A stretch of 32,000 nucleotides of DNA from Erysipelotrichaceae bacterium (lineage in GTDB: Bacteria > Bacillota_I > Bacilli_A > Erysipelotrichales > Erysipelotrichaceae). The stretch covers positions 90,001-122,000 of the forward strand of contig JAUVVC010000004.1 in NCBI GenBank assembly GCA_030604855.1, written 5' to 3'. Position numbers and translations under genes: made by a program. This document shows, piece by piece, positions 20,818 to 29,455 of this stretch (the first letter of the stretch is position 1; the number at the start of each line of letters is the position of its first letter). A model generated the notes under the pieces. The model saw only the letters and a list, made by a program, of their open reading frames with translations, ran no database searches and was not told the origin of the DNA.

Positions 20818-23292
20818 ATGGAAGAAAATCAATTTGATAAAATAAAACAAATCAATATCTCCTCTGAAATGAAGACATCCTTCTTGGATTATGCCATGAG
20901 TGTCATCGTTCAACGTGCTTTACCAGACGTCAGAGATGGATTGAAGCCTGTACATCGTCGTATTTTATATGCGATGAATGATTTAGGCATGACTTCGGAT
21001 AAACCGTTCAAGAAATCCGCACGTATCGTTGGGGAAGTTATTGGTAAGTATCACCCCCATGGTGATACGGCAGTATACGACTCTATGGTTCGTATGGCTC
21101 AAGATTTTTCATACCGCTACATGTTGGTTGAGGGTCATGGGAACTTTGGTTCCATTGATGGGGATGGGGCTGCGGCCATGCGGTATACGGAAGCACGTAT
21201 GTCGAAGATCGCGATGGAGTTGGTTAAAGACATCAATCGCGATACCATTGATTTCGTAGATAACTATGATGGTGAGGAACGTGAACCAAGTGTCATGCCC
21301 GCTCGTTTCCCGAATATTCTTGTAAATGGGGCGACTGGGATTGCGGTTGGGATGGCTACGAATATCCCGCCTCATAATCTTGGTGAAACCATCGATGCGA
21401 CGTTGGCGTTATTGGAAAATCCTGAGTTGACGGTTTTTGATTTGATGGAAAATTACATCTTTGGTCCGGATTTTCCGACCGGAGGCATCATTCTAGGTCG
21501 AGCAGGCATCAAACAAGCGTTTGAGACGGGTCGTGGTTCGGTAGCGGTACGTTCCAAGGTAGATATTGAAGATCTACCAAATGGTAAAAAAGTATTGATC
21601 GTTACGGAAATTCCATATCAAGTCAATAAAGCGAACATGGTTGAGAAGATTGCGAACCTTGTGCGTGAGAAGCAAATCGAAGGTATCACGGATTTACGGG
21701 ATGAATCCAATCGTGAGGGCATTCGTGTCGTTATTGAGTTGCGACGTGATGTGCAAGCTGAAGTCATTTTGAATCAGCTGTATCGAATGACGGCTCTACA
21801 GTCAACTTTTGGGGTCAATACCTTGGCTTTGGTCAAGAATGAACCGAAGTTGTTGAATTTAAAAGAAGTTTTAATGATTTACAATGAACATCAGATTGAT
21901 GTCGTCCGTCGACGGACACAATTTGAATTGAATAAAGCCTTGGATCGAGCGCATTTATTGGAAGGCTTCAGAATCGCATTGGACAACATCGATGAAATCA
22001 TCCATATCATTCGCTCCAGTAAAGATGACAGTACGGCATCAGCGAGTTTGATGGAGGCTTTTGGATTGTCTGAGATTCAAGCCAAAGCGATACTGGAAAT
22101 GCGTTTGCGTCGTTTGACGGGCTTGGAACGTCAAAAAATTGAGGATGAATATCAAGCGGTCATGTTGTCGATTGAAGATTATCGTGATATCTTAGCGAAT
22201 CACAGCCGTGTCGTAAACATCATTAAAGAAGAAATGCTTGAAATCAAGCGAAGATTTTCAGATGAACGCCGTTCATTAATAGTGGAGTCGGACATCGACT
22301 TTGAAGATGAAGATTTGATTCCAAAGGAAGATGTCGTTGTGACGATGACAACCAATGGATACATTAAACGTACGAATGTGGATGTGTACAAAACACAGAA
22401 TCGTGGTGGTAAGGGTGTCAAGGGCATGAGTGTCCATGAAGATGATGTGGTGGATCAGTTCTTGACGATGAACTCACACGATTACCTGGCTTTGTTTACC
22501 AATCTTGGACGGGTCTATCGAATCAAGGGATATCGTGTTCCTCAAGCAAGTCGTATTGGGAAGGGTATTCCTGTCATCAATCTATTGGAGATGGATGAAG
22601 GGGAGAAGATTCGTTCGCTTGTTGCGTATAATCCTGAACACGAAGGCAAGTATCTGTTCTTTGTGACGAAGGACGGTTTGTGCAAACGGGTTCAAGTCAG
22701 CGAGTTCGAATCGATTCGTCAAACAGGTAAGATTGCGATCACCTTAAAAGACAACGATGAATTAATAGGAGTCAAATTGACTTCTGGACACGATGAAATC
22801 ATCATCGCAGGTTCGAATGGTAAGGCTGTACGTTTCAACGAACAAGATGTTCGTCCAATGGGCCGTACCGCAAGTGGTGTCAAAGGATTCAATACCGATG
22901 GCAGTAATGTTGTGGGAATCGCTACAGACAAAGAAGGACAGTTCATTCTTTCTGTTACACGTAACGGATATGGAAAGAAATCGGAGTTATCGGAGTATCG
23001 AATTACAAATCGTGGCGCAAAGGGTGTCAAAACCATCAACATTACAGAAAAAAATGGAGAACTTGTCGAGTTGAAGGCAGTCAATGGGGATGAAGATCTC
23101 TTGATGGTCACCAATGAAGGCGTCATTATCCGAATCAATCTTGAAACGGTGGGTGTCTATGGAAGAAGCACACAAGGGGTACGTTTAATCAATGTTCAAG
23201 ATGAACAATACCTTCAAACGGTTGCCGTTTTGGAAAAAGAAGCAGAAGAGTTGATCGAAAATACAATAATAGAGGAGAGTGTTGAGGAATAA
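20818..23292 (+). CDS. gyrA: DNA gyrase subunit A
   Basis: 824 aa with the active-site region [24 protein letters not shown], a C-terminal beta-pinwheel, and an AGGAGG RBS. Confidence 0.97.
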   Translation: MEENQFDKIKQINISSEMKTSFLDYAMSVIVQRALPDVRDGLKPVHRRILYAMNDLGMTSDKPFKKSARIVGEVIGKYHPHGDTAVYDSMVRMAQDFSYRYMLVEGHGNFGSIDGDGAAAMRYTEARMSKIAMELVKDINRDTIDFVDNYDGEEREPSVMPARFPNILVNGATGIAVGMATNIPPHNLGETIDATLALLENPELTVFDLMENYIFGPDFPTGGIILGRAGIKQAFETGRGSVAVRSKVDIEDLPNGKKVLIVTEIPYQVNKANMVEKIANLVREKQIEGITDLRDESNREGIRVVIELRRDVQAEVILNQLYRMTALQSTFGVNTLALVKNEPKLLNLKEVLMIYNEHQIDVVRRRTQFELNKALDRAHLLEGFRIALDNIDEIIHIIRSSKDDSTASASLMEAFGLSEIQAKAILEMRLRRLTGLERQKIEDEYQAVMLSIEDYRDILANHSRVVNIIKEEMLEIKRRFSDERRSLIVESDIDFEDEDLIPKEDVVVTMTTNGYIKRTNVDVYKTQNRGGKGVKGMSVHEDDVVDQFLTMNSHDYLALFTNLGRVYRIKGYRVPQASRIGKGIPVINLLEMDEGEKIRSLVAYNPEHEGKYLFFVTKDGLCKRVQVSEFESIRQTGKIAITLKDNDELIGVKLTSGHDEIIIAGSNGKAVRFNEQDVRPMGRTASGVKGFNTDGSNVVGIATDKEGQFILSVTRNGYGKKSELSEYRITNRGAKGVKTINITEKNGELVELKAVNGDEDLLMVTNEGVIIRINLETVGVYGRSTQGVRLINVQDEQYLQTVAVLEKEAEELIENTIIEESVEE

Positions 23293-23311
23293 TCTCAACA
23301 CTTTTTCTTTT
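23278..23311 (+). terminator. rho-independent terminator after gyrA
   Basis: 9-bp stem agtgttgag-gaataat-ctcaacact (23278-23302) with the gyrA stop in the loop, followed by tttttctttt. Confidence 0.8.
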
Positions 23312-23330
23312 AATTGATATAATGATTCCA

Positions 23331-24902
23331 ATGGAAACCAACTATCTCATCATCACACTTATCGTGTTATCAAGCATCTATGCATTGATCAACTATTTGA
23401 TCTATCAGGTGAAAAGGGAACGCTATCTCTTAGCGTTCACATTTTCTTTTGTATTTCTAGGAACTAGTTTTGGAGTATTGGCGTACCAAACACAATTACC
23501 GGATTTCTTTGCATATGGTGTTTACAATGCTGTGAATTTCTTGTCTTACGTAATGATGTTGATGGGGATACGGATTCTATTTAATATAAAACCAGTGAGT
23601 CATTTTACAAAAATCATCACGATACTTTCCCCTGTTTTGATCTTAATCTTCTCGCTCATATATGATAATTATATCCTTCGCGTCTTAATCGCTTCTTCAA
23701 CGATTGCTTTTTATCTGATTGAGGCAGTATTCAATTTAAAACGTTCGGAAAGTCATTTTCCTAAGCATATCAAGCAAGTAACTCTTTATTTCATCTACTT
23801 TGGCATGTTGACCTGGTTATCTCGTCTTTTTGTGATTCTCTATTTTGGTCTACTTCATAATGTGGCACTTGATAATAGCTTTCAGGCAAATGTCTTTATG
23901 ATACTCTCCATCACAAGTACAAGTTTGTGGTTCGCCTTGTCGATGTGGTTGGATGCTCAGAAGGCGATGAGTGATTTGGATGATAAGAATGAGCAATTGA
24001 AGTCACTTGCGCTTAGAGATCAATTAACAGGATTGGCGAATCGTCACTTCTTTGATTACGATATTGGATTTCTAGTAGCCTCATCTAAACGTAACAAGTC
24101 ACCCATGGGGATGTTGTTGATTGATTTAGATCGTTTTAAATTAGTGAATGACATTCATGGTCATGATGTTGGGGATGCGGTATTGAAGCAAACAGCTGAA
24201 ATTATTACGCATTCATTGAGAGCGAGTGATCGTGCTTACCGTTGGGGCGGAGAAGAGTTTCTTGTTGTTTTACCCGATACTGATCGCGAAGGTATGGCGA
24301 TCATCGCTGAGAAAATCAATCAAAATTTCCGAAATAGCTTATTCGAAGTCATTGGATCGATAACGGTAAGTATTGGTGGAGCAGAGTATGAAGAAAATAA
24401 AGAAATAGATCAATGGTTTAAGCGGGTCGACCTTTCTCTTTATAAAGCGAAGCAAACAGGGCGTGATCGCTACAATATTTGGGTTGCGGACGAAGATTTG
24501 TCTGAATTTTTCAATCGGATTGAATGGCAAAATGAATTGGAATCGGGGAATAGCGAAATTGATGCTGATCATCAATTGCTTGTTTATTATGCGAATGATT
24601 TACATGATTCGATTGTTAATCGTGCCCCCATTGACTCAATTAAAGAGTTGATCTTGAGAATGAGCACACATATTCATACGCACTTTAGCAAAGAAGAGGG
24701 CATCTTGTATCGCTCTGGATATGAAGATTATCTTGAACATCGTTCGATCCATCAAAGAATCATTCAGGAATTTGAAATTATCTCAGGTAAAGCTCTGAAT
24801 GGCGAAATCAGTTTAGCAGCGTTGATGTCATTTCTGGTAGAGAAGGTTGTTATTGAGCACATCAAAAAAGAAGACGCCAAGTTTTTTGGTCATATTAAGT
24901 AA
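23331..24902 (+). CDS. membrane diguanylate cyclase: multi-TM N-terminal domain, GGDEF domain and C-terminal hemerythrin-like domain
   Basis: About 200 aa with 6-7 hydrophobic helices. The GGDEF domain has an RxxD I-site (RASD) five residues before GGEEF (codons 24246-24260). The C-terminal ~125 aa carry the hemerythrin ligand pattern H (DADH), HxxxE (HFSKE), HxxxH (HRSIH) and HxxxxD (HIKKED). The start is either ATG 23322 or 23331; 23322 lies inside the predicted -10 element, so I prefer 23331. Confidence 0.88.
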   Translation: METNYLIITLIVLSSIYALINYLIYQVKRERYLLAFTFSFVFLGTSFGVLAYQTQLPDFFAYGVYNAVNFLSYVMMLMGIRILFNIKPVSHFTKIITILSPVLILIFSLIYDNYILRVLIASSTIAFYLIEAVFNLKRSESHFPKHIKQVTLYFIYFGMLTWLSRLFVILYFGLLHNVALDNSFQANVFMILSITSTSLWFALSMWLDAQKAMSDLDDKNEQLKSLALRDQLTGLANRHFFDYDIGFLVASSKRNKSPMGMLLIDLDRFKLVNDIHGHDVGDAVLKQTAEIITHSLRASDRAYRWGGEEFLVVLPDTDREGMAIIAEKINQNFRNSLFEVIGSITVSIGGAEYEENKEIDQWFKRVDLSLYKAKQTGRDRYNIWVADEDLSEFFNRIEWQNELESGNSEIDADHQLLVYYANDLHDSIVNRAPIDSIKELILRMSTHIHTHFSKEEGILYRSGYEDYLEHRSIHQRIIQEFEIISGKALNGEISLAALMSFLVEKVVIEHIKKEDAKFFGHIK

Positions 24903-24916
24903 AATGAACAGGTTCC

Positions 24917-24945
24917 TTGACATCGATCGACGCAATTTATACAAT
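24917..24945 (+). promoter_or_regulatory. serS leader promoter
   Basis: TTGACA (24917-24922), a 17-nt spacer, then TACAAT (24940-24945). Confidence 0.65.
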
Positions 24946-24951
24946 TAGGTC

Positions 24952-25150
24952 AGAATCGAAGACGGGACTAATCAAGCACGACATGTAGAGACGCATGCAT
25001 TGGTGAAAGATGCGAAGATGTTTGAATTCCACCCCTGAGTGAATTAAATTCCGGTGCATCCGTTATCTGCATGAGTGGTAATGTTTCACGTGAAACATTA
25101 CAACGAGGGTGGCACCACGGTTCACATCGTCCCTTAAAGGGCTTTTTTTA
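24952..25150 (+). promoter_or_regulatory. T-box leader (tRNA-Ser responsive) upstream of serS
   Basis: AGAGA (24987-24991), distal-loop GGTGAAA (25002-25008), candidate specifier UCC+A (25028-25031), F-box CCGTTA (25060-25065), Stem III hairpin (25078-25101) and T-box AGGGTGGCACC (25106-25117) with bulge UGGC. A short helix and a T7 run (25143-25149) precede the serS RBS. Confidence 0.85.
25082..25097. other. parS: parS site (ParB/Spo0J binding), perfect consensus TGTTTCACGTGAAACA, copy 1
   Basis: 16/16 match to the palindromic parS consensus (TGTTNCACGTGAAACA). It is embedded in a perfect 24-nt palindrome at 25078-25101. Confidence 0.8.
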
Positions 25151-25168
25151 TTTTCAAGGAGAAATGAA

Positions 25169-26455
25169 ATGTTAGATATTAAATTGATTCGTGAGAATCC
25201 AGAATTGGTTAAAGAGAACATGTTGAAGAAGTTCCAACAAGATCGTGTTCAATTGGTGGACGAAGTTATCGAATTAGATGTTAAGTACCGCCAAACGAAG
25301 ACAAGAGCTGATGAGTTGCGTGGTTTAAGAAATAAACTGAGCAAACAAATCGGCATCTTGATGGGTCAAAAGAAGTTTGAGGAAGCCGAAGAGGTTAAGA
25401 AGCAAGTGCAGGCCTACGCTCAAGAATTGGTGGAGTTGGAAGCCAGCGAAGAACCTTTACAAGCTGAAATTCGCCAAAGAATGTTGGTTATTCCGAATAT
25501 CATCGATGAAACGGTACCTTTAGGTAAAGATGACAGCGAGAATGTAGAGCGTCAACGGATTGGTGAGCCTTCATTGAAACCCTTTGATGTGCCATATCAT
25601 ATCGAAATTATGGAAAAACTCAAAGGCGTTGACTTGGATGCGGCTCGAAAGACCAGTGGGAATGGATTTTACTATCTTATGGGTGATGTGGCGCGTCTTC
25701 ACAGTGGTATTTTGAGTTATGCAAGAGATTTTATGATCGATCGTGGTTTTGATTATGTCATTCCTCCTTATATGATTCGCAGTGAGGTTGTGACGGGTGT
25801 AATGAGTTTTGCAGAGATGGAAAACATGATGTATAAAATCGAAGGTGAAGATCTCTATTTGATTGGTACAAGTGAACACTCCATGATCGGGAAATTCATC
25901 GATACGATTTTGGAAGAGAAAGACCTACCTTATCTCTATACCAGTTATTCCCCATGTTTTAGAAAAGAAGTAGGTGCACATGGCATCGAAGAACGTGGCG
26001 TTTATCGTATCCACCAGTTTGAAAAACAAGAGATGATCGTTGTGTGTAAACCTGAAGACAGCAAGAAGTATTTCGAAGTGCTTTACAACAATACTGTCGA
26101 CTTCTTTAGAACATTAGATGTTCCTGTACGTGTTTTAGAGTGTTGTTCGGGCGATTTGGCTGACTTGAAGAGTAAATCAGTGGATGTGGAAGCGTGGAGT
26201 CCTCGTCAACAGAAGTATTTTGAGGTTGGAAGTTGTTCAAATTTGACCGATGCACAAGCAAGACGCTTACAGATCCGTGTTCAAGGTGAAAATGAGAAGT
26301 ACTATGCACACACCTTGAATAATACAGTTGTTGCGCCACCAAGAATGTTGATTGCATTCTTAGAGAACAATCTGAATGAAGATGGGTCTGTAAACATTCC
26401 GGTCGCATTACGTCCTTATATGGGGTTTAAGGAACGTATTCTTCCTAAGAAATAA
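25169..26455 (+). CDS. serS: serine--tRNA ligase
   Basis: MLDIKLIRENPELVKEN..., an N-terminal coiled-coil arm and class II motifs (FRKE, GSCSN...). AAGGAGAA RBS at 25157-25164. The track start at 25109 lies inside the T-box. Confidence 0.95.
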   Translation: MLDIKLIRENPELVKENMLKKFQQDRVQLVDEVIELDVKYRQTKTRADELRGLRNKLSKQIGILMGQKKFEEAEEVKKQVQAYAQELVELEASEEPLQAEIRQRMLVIPNIIDETVPLGKDDSENVERQRIGEPSLKPFDVPYHIEIMEKLKGVDLDAARKTSGNGFYYLMGDVARLHSGILSYARDFMIDRGFDYVIPPYMIRSEVVTGVMSFAEMENMMYKIEGEDLYLIGTSEHSMIGKFIDTILEEKDLPYLYTSYSPCFRKEVGAHGIEERGVYRIHQFEKQEMIVVCKPEDSKKYFEVLYNNTVDFFRTLDVPVRVLECCSGDLADLKSKSVDVEAWSPRQQKYFEVGSCSNLTDAQARRLQIRVQGENEKYYAHTLNNTVVAPPRMLIAFLENNLNEDGSVNIPVALRPYMGFKERILPKK

Positions 26456-26456
26456 A

Positions 26457-26472
26457 TGTTTCACGTGAAACA
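26457..26472. other. parS: parS site (ParB/Spo0J binding), perfect consensus TGTTTCACGTGAAACA, copy 2
   Basis: 16/16 match. The 20-nt block aatgtttcacgtgaaacatt (26455-26474) is identical to 25080-25099. It starts at the last base of the serS stop codon. Confidence 0.8.
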
Positions 26473-26501
26473 TTGAAATTAAAATTAAGCTTAGGTATAA
26501 T
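26473..26501 (+). promoter_or_regulatory. SRP RNA promoter
   Basis: TTGAAA (26473-26478), a 17-nt spacer, then TATAAT (26496-26501). The predicted +1 at G26508 coincides with the first base of the SRP RNA closing helix. Confidence 0.65.
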
Positions 26502-26507
26502 GTATTA

Positions 26508-26586
26508 GCTGCCACAATGCAATCCTTTGAACCAGGTCAGGGTCGGAAGACAGCAGCCTTAATAGGCTCTTGCATGTGTGGCAGCC
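26508..26586 (+). ncRNA. ffs: signal recognition particle RNA, small (4.5S-like) type
   Basis: Conserved domain IV sequence CCAGGTCAGGGTCGGAAGACAGCAGCC with a GGAA tetraloop. The closing helices are gctgccaca/tgtggcagc and atgcaa/ttgcat. Followed by cttttt. Confidence 0.88.
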
Positions 26587-26593
26587 TTTTTAT

Positions 26594-27064
26594 ATGATTA
26601 AGCCAATGGAACACTCTAAATACATGACAATTGCTCTAAATGAAGCTAAGAAGGCTTTTCTGATGGATGAAGTTCCTATTGGTGCGGTTGTTGTCAAAGA
26701 GGGTAAGGTCATTTCTAAGGCGCATAATCTCCGCGAAGCTAAACAGAGTGCAACGGCACATGCGGAAGTCTTAGCGATCGAAAAGGCCTGTAGGAAGTTG
26801 GGTTCTTGGCGATTAGAGGATTGTGTGTTGTATGTTACTTTAGAACCATGCACGATGTGTATTGGGGCGAGTATTCTAGCGCGTGTCGATGGGATTGTTT
26901 ATGGCGCAAAGGATCCAAAAGGTGGAAGTTTGGGTTCATTATATGATATTGGACTCATAAAAGGGTTTAATCATTACCCTTGGGTTGTTTCAGGTGTTTG
27001 TGAAGAAGAAAGTTCGATGTTGTTAAAGGAATTCTTTAAGAATAAACGCTTAAATAAGGGTTAA
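26594..27064 (+). CDS. tadA: tRNA adenosine(34) deaminase
   Basis: Zinc motifs HAEVLAIE and PCTMCIGA. The start is uncertain (ATG 26594 or 26606; neither has an SD). The track start at 26570 lies inside the SRP RNA. Confidence 0.9.
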   Translation: MIKPMEHSKYMTIALNEAKKAFLMDEVPIGAVVVKEGKVISKAHNLREAKQSATAHAEVLAIEKACRKLGSWRLEDCVLYVTLEPCTMCIGASILARVDGIVYGAKDPKGGSLGSLYDIGLIKGFNHYPWVVSGVCEEESSMLLKEFFKNKRLNKG

Positions 27065-27085
27065 ATTGAATGAAGTCGAGCGTGG

Positions 27086-27112
27086 GAAGGGTATAAGTTG
27101 ACCCTTCTTTTT
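27086..27112 (+). terminator. rho-independent terminator after tadA
   Basis: gaagggt-ataagttg-acccttc followed by ttttt. Immediately followed by TGtTATAAT (27112-27120), a likely dnaX promoter. Confidence 0.75.
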
Positions 27113-27140
27113 GTTATAATTAGAGGCAAGAGAAACTATC

Positions 27141-28859
27141 ATGACCTATAAATCGTTGTATCGTACGTATCGTCCAAACTCCTTTGAAACAGTAGTTGGA
27201 CAAAGACATATTATTCAGACACTACAGAATGCGATCAAACAAAAGAAAATGTCGCATGCTTATCTTTTTTGTGGGCCAAGAGGAACCGGAAAGACAACGG
27301 TTGCGAAACTCTTGGCAAAATCGGTCAACTGTTTGAATGTTGATCAGGCACCTTGTAATCAATGTGAACATTGTTTAACGATTCAGAATGGAACGCATCC
27401 GGATGTGATTGAAATCGATGCGGCCAGCAACAATGGCGTTGATGAAATTAGAGATTTGATTGAAAAAGTAAAATATGCTCCTTTACAAGGAAAATATAAA
27501 GTTTACATCGTGGATGAAGTCCATATGCTGTCTCAAGGAGCGTTCAATGCACTTTTGAAGACGCTTGAAGAGCCGCCTGCACATGTCATCTTCATTTTAG
27601 CGACGACAGAGCCGCATAAAGTGTTGCCAACCATCATTTCAAGATGCCAACGCTATGATTTTGTTCGAGTGAATCGTTTTGATATCCAGATGCGGATTGA
27701 AGAAGTCTTGAAGGCTGAGAAGATCGAATACGAAGAAGAAGCGGTACGTTTGATAAGTCAGTTAGCGGATGGTGGTGTTCGTGATGCGTTAAGCATCCTT
27801 GAACAGTGCATTGCGTACAGTGGACATAAATTGAACGCTCAACATGTGAATGACATCTACGGAATCGCCACAACTCAAGATAAGTTAAAACTTTTAAATG
27901 CGGTTATTGATAACAATGTGACCATGTTGATGCAAGAGATTGATTATGTCACAGGTAAAAACATTGATATCCGGCGTTTAACCAATGATTTGATGGAATT
28001 ATTGAAAGAATCGGTTGTATATTCTTTCACTAGAGATAAAAATTTGTTAAGTAAGTTGACTGAGGATGAAGTGAAGTCACTCAATCGAATATCTGCTCAA
28101 GTGGGACTGAAAATGATTGAAGATTTGATGGAAACCTTGGAAAAGTACAGAAGTGCATCCAATCTTTTGTCGTATTTTGAAATCGGTCTCTTGAAATTGA
28201 TCAGTCATCGAGTCAATGGAGTCGAAGAAACGAAGATTAAGCTTGTTGAAGAAGGAGAGACCAAGCCGGTTATTCAAGAAGTGTTCGAACAAGAAGAGCA
28301 GCCCGTTTTGGTTGAAACAGAAGGTGTAGAAGAGAAACCAACACCAAAACCGAAAGAGAGTAAGAAGAAAAAGGTTCAAATCGTACAAAATAGTGACTTG
28401 AGTCTTGATTTCCTAGTCCAATTGTTTGTTTCTGGTGATAAAGCAAAACGTTTGGAAGTTGAACGTTCTTGGACAAGTGTTCAGAACTATCAATCTGATC
28501 TTAAATATGGAAAAATTGCAAATCTCTTGATGGATATCCGTTTGGTTGCTCTTAATGAGGGCTTCATGGTTTTAAGTCACTCTGAAGATTACGTTGTCAA
28601 TGAGTTGAATATGGAAGACAATCAAACATTGATAGAGGAATTCACAGAGCGAGTTTTTGGGTTGCGTATGCGTGCGTATGCGATTCTATTCTCAAAAACG
28701 GATGAAGCGATGCAACACTTTGTGCAATTAAGAAATGAAAATAGACTTCCTGAACCAATTAAGCTTGAGAAACAAGCGTTGAAGACTGAAAAAGAAGTGG
28801 ATTTGGTCGAAAAGAATCTGTTTGATCTGTTTGGACAAGAAAATGTGGAGATTCATTAG
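27141..28859 (+). CDS. dnaX: DNA polymerase III subunit tau/gamma
   Basis: 572 aa with AAA+ GPRGTGKTT, zinc module CNQCEHC, DEVHML, SRCQ, an acidic/basic linker and a C-terminal domain. Confidence 0.95.
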   Translation: MTYKSLYRTYRPNSFETVVGQRHIIQTLQNAIKQKKMSHAYLFCGPRGTGKTTVAKLLAKSVNCLNVDQAPCNQCEHCLTIQNGTHPDVIEIDAASNNGVDEIRDLIEKVKYAPLQGKYKVYIVDEVHMLSQGAFNALLKTLEEPPAHVIFILATTEPHKVLPTIISRCQRYDFVRVNRFDIQMRIEEVLKAEKIEYEEEAVRLISQLADGGVRDALSILEQCIAYSGHKLNAQHVNDIYGIATTQDKLKLLNAVIDNNVTMLMQEIDYVTGKNIDIRRLTNDLMELLKESVVYSFTRDKNLLSKLTEDEVKSLNRISAQVGLKMIEDLMETLEKYRSASNLLSYFEIGLLKLISHRVNGVEETKIKLVEEGETKPVIQEVFEQEEQPVLVETEGVEEKPTPKPKESKKKKVQIVQNSDLSLDFLVQLFVSGDKAKRLEVERSWTSVQNYQSDLKYGKIANLLMDIRLVALNEGFMVLSHSEDYVVNELNMEDNQTLIEEFTERVFGLRMRAYAILFSKTDEAMQHFVQLRNENRLPEPIKLEKQALKTEKEVDLVEKNLFDLFGQENVEIH

Positions 28860-28861
28860 AA

Positions 28862-29455
28862 ATGTATCCGAAAATATTACAAGAGTTGATAGAACACTTA
28901 CGAAAACTACCTGGGGTGGGTGCTAAGACCGCAGAACGCTATGCTTTTTCGCTGTTAAACCTAAGTGAGACAGAAGTGATGCAATTGGCAAGAGCGTTAG
29001 GTGATGCGAAACTGAAACTTCATCCCTGCAAAACATGTGGTAACATCAGTGAAAAAGATGAATGTGATATCTGTTTAGATAAGAGTCGTAATCATCAATT
29101 GATTTGTGTCGTTCAAGATGTGAAGGATGTTGTCGCAATTGAACGAACGAAACAATACCATGGTGTCTATCATGTGTTGAATGGTGTGATATCCACTTCG
29201 AAAGGAATCATGCCTGAAGACTTAAACATACATTCATTGATTAAAAGAGCTGAATCTGAGTTGGATGAGGTGATTTTAGCAACCAATCCAACCATAGAAG
29301 GCGAGATGACATCCTTGTATCTGGCAAAACGTTTGGAAAAGAAAGTCAAAAAGATTACGCGTTTAGCGCATGGGCTTCCAATGGGGGCGCATATGGATTA
29401 CGCAGATGAGTTGACTTTGATAAAAGCGATGGAAGGACGACGCGAAATTGAATGA
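28862..29455 (+). CDS. recR: recombination protein RecR
   Basis: 197 aa with HhH LRKLPGVGAKTAERYAF, zinc finger CKTCGNISEKDECDIC and a Toprim domain. Confidence 0.95.
   Translation: MYPKILQELIEHLRKLPGVGAKTAERYAFSLLNLSETEVMQLARALGDAKLKLHPCKTCGNISEKDECDICLDKSRNHQLICVVQDVKDVVAIERTKQYHGVYHVLNGVISTSKGIMPEDLNIHSLIKRAESELDEVILATNPTIEGEMTSLYLAKRLEKKVKKITRLAHGLPMGAHMDYADELTLIKAMEGRREIE

Noticed and set aside
22700-22715. GTTCGAATC string resembling a tRNA T-arm
   Set aside because: It lies inside the gyrA coding frame with no acceptor or anticodon stems around it. No tRNA or rRNA gene is present in the window.
25078-25101. CACGTG-centred palindrome considered as a novel repeat family or as a Rex, GlnR/TnrA or cre operator
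   Set aside because: Half-site order and spacing do not fit Rex (TTGTGAA-N4-TTCACAA), GlnR/TnrA (TGTNA-N7-TNACA) or cre. It is instead an exact match to the parS consensus, which explains both copies.
28367-28373. Possible dnaX -1 frameshift site (G AAA AAG) in the lysine run
   Set aside because: The first position is G, not A, so the P-site tRNA would mispair after slippage. I see no adjacent stem-loop, and Bacillota dnaX is not known to frameshift. The run is most simply a KKKK linker.
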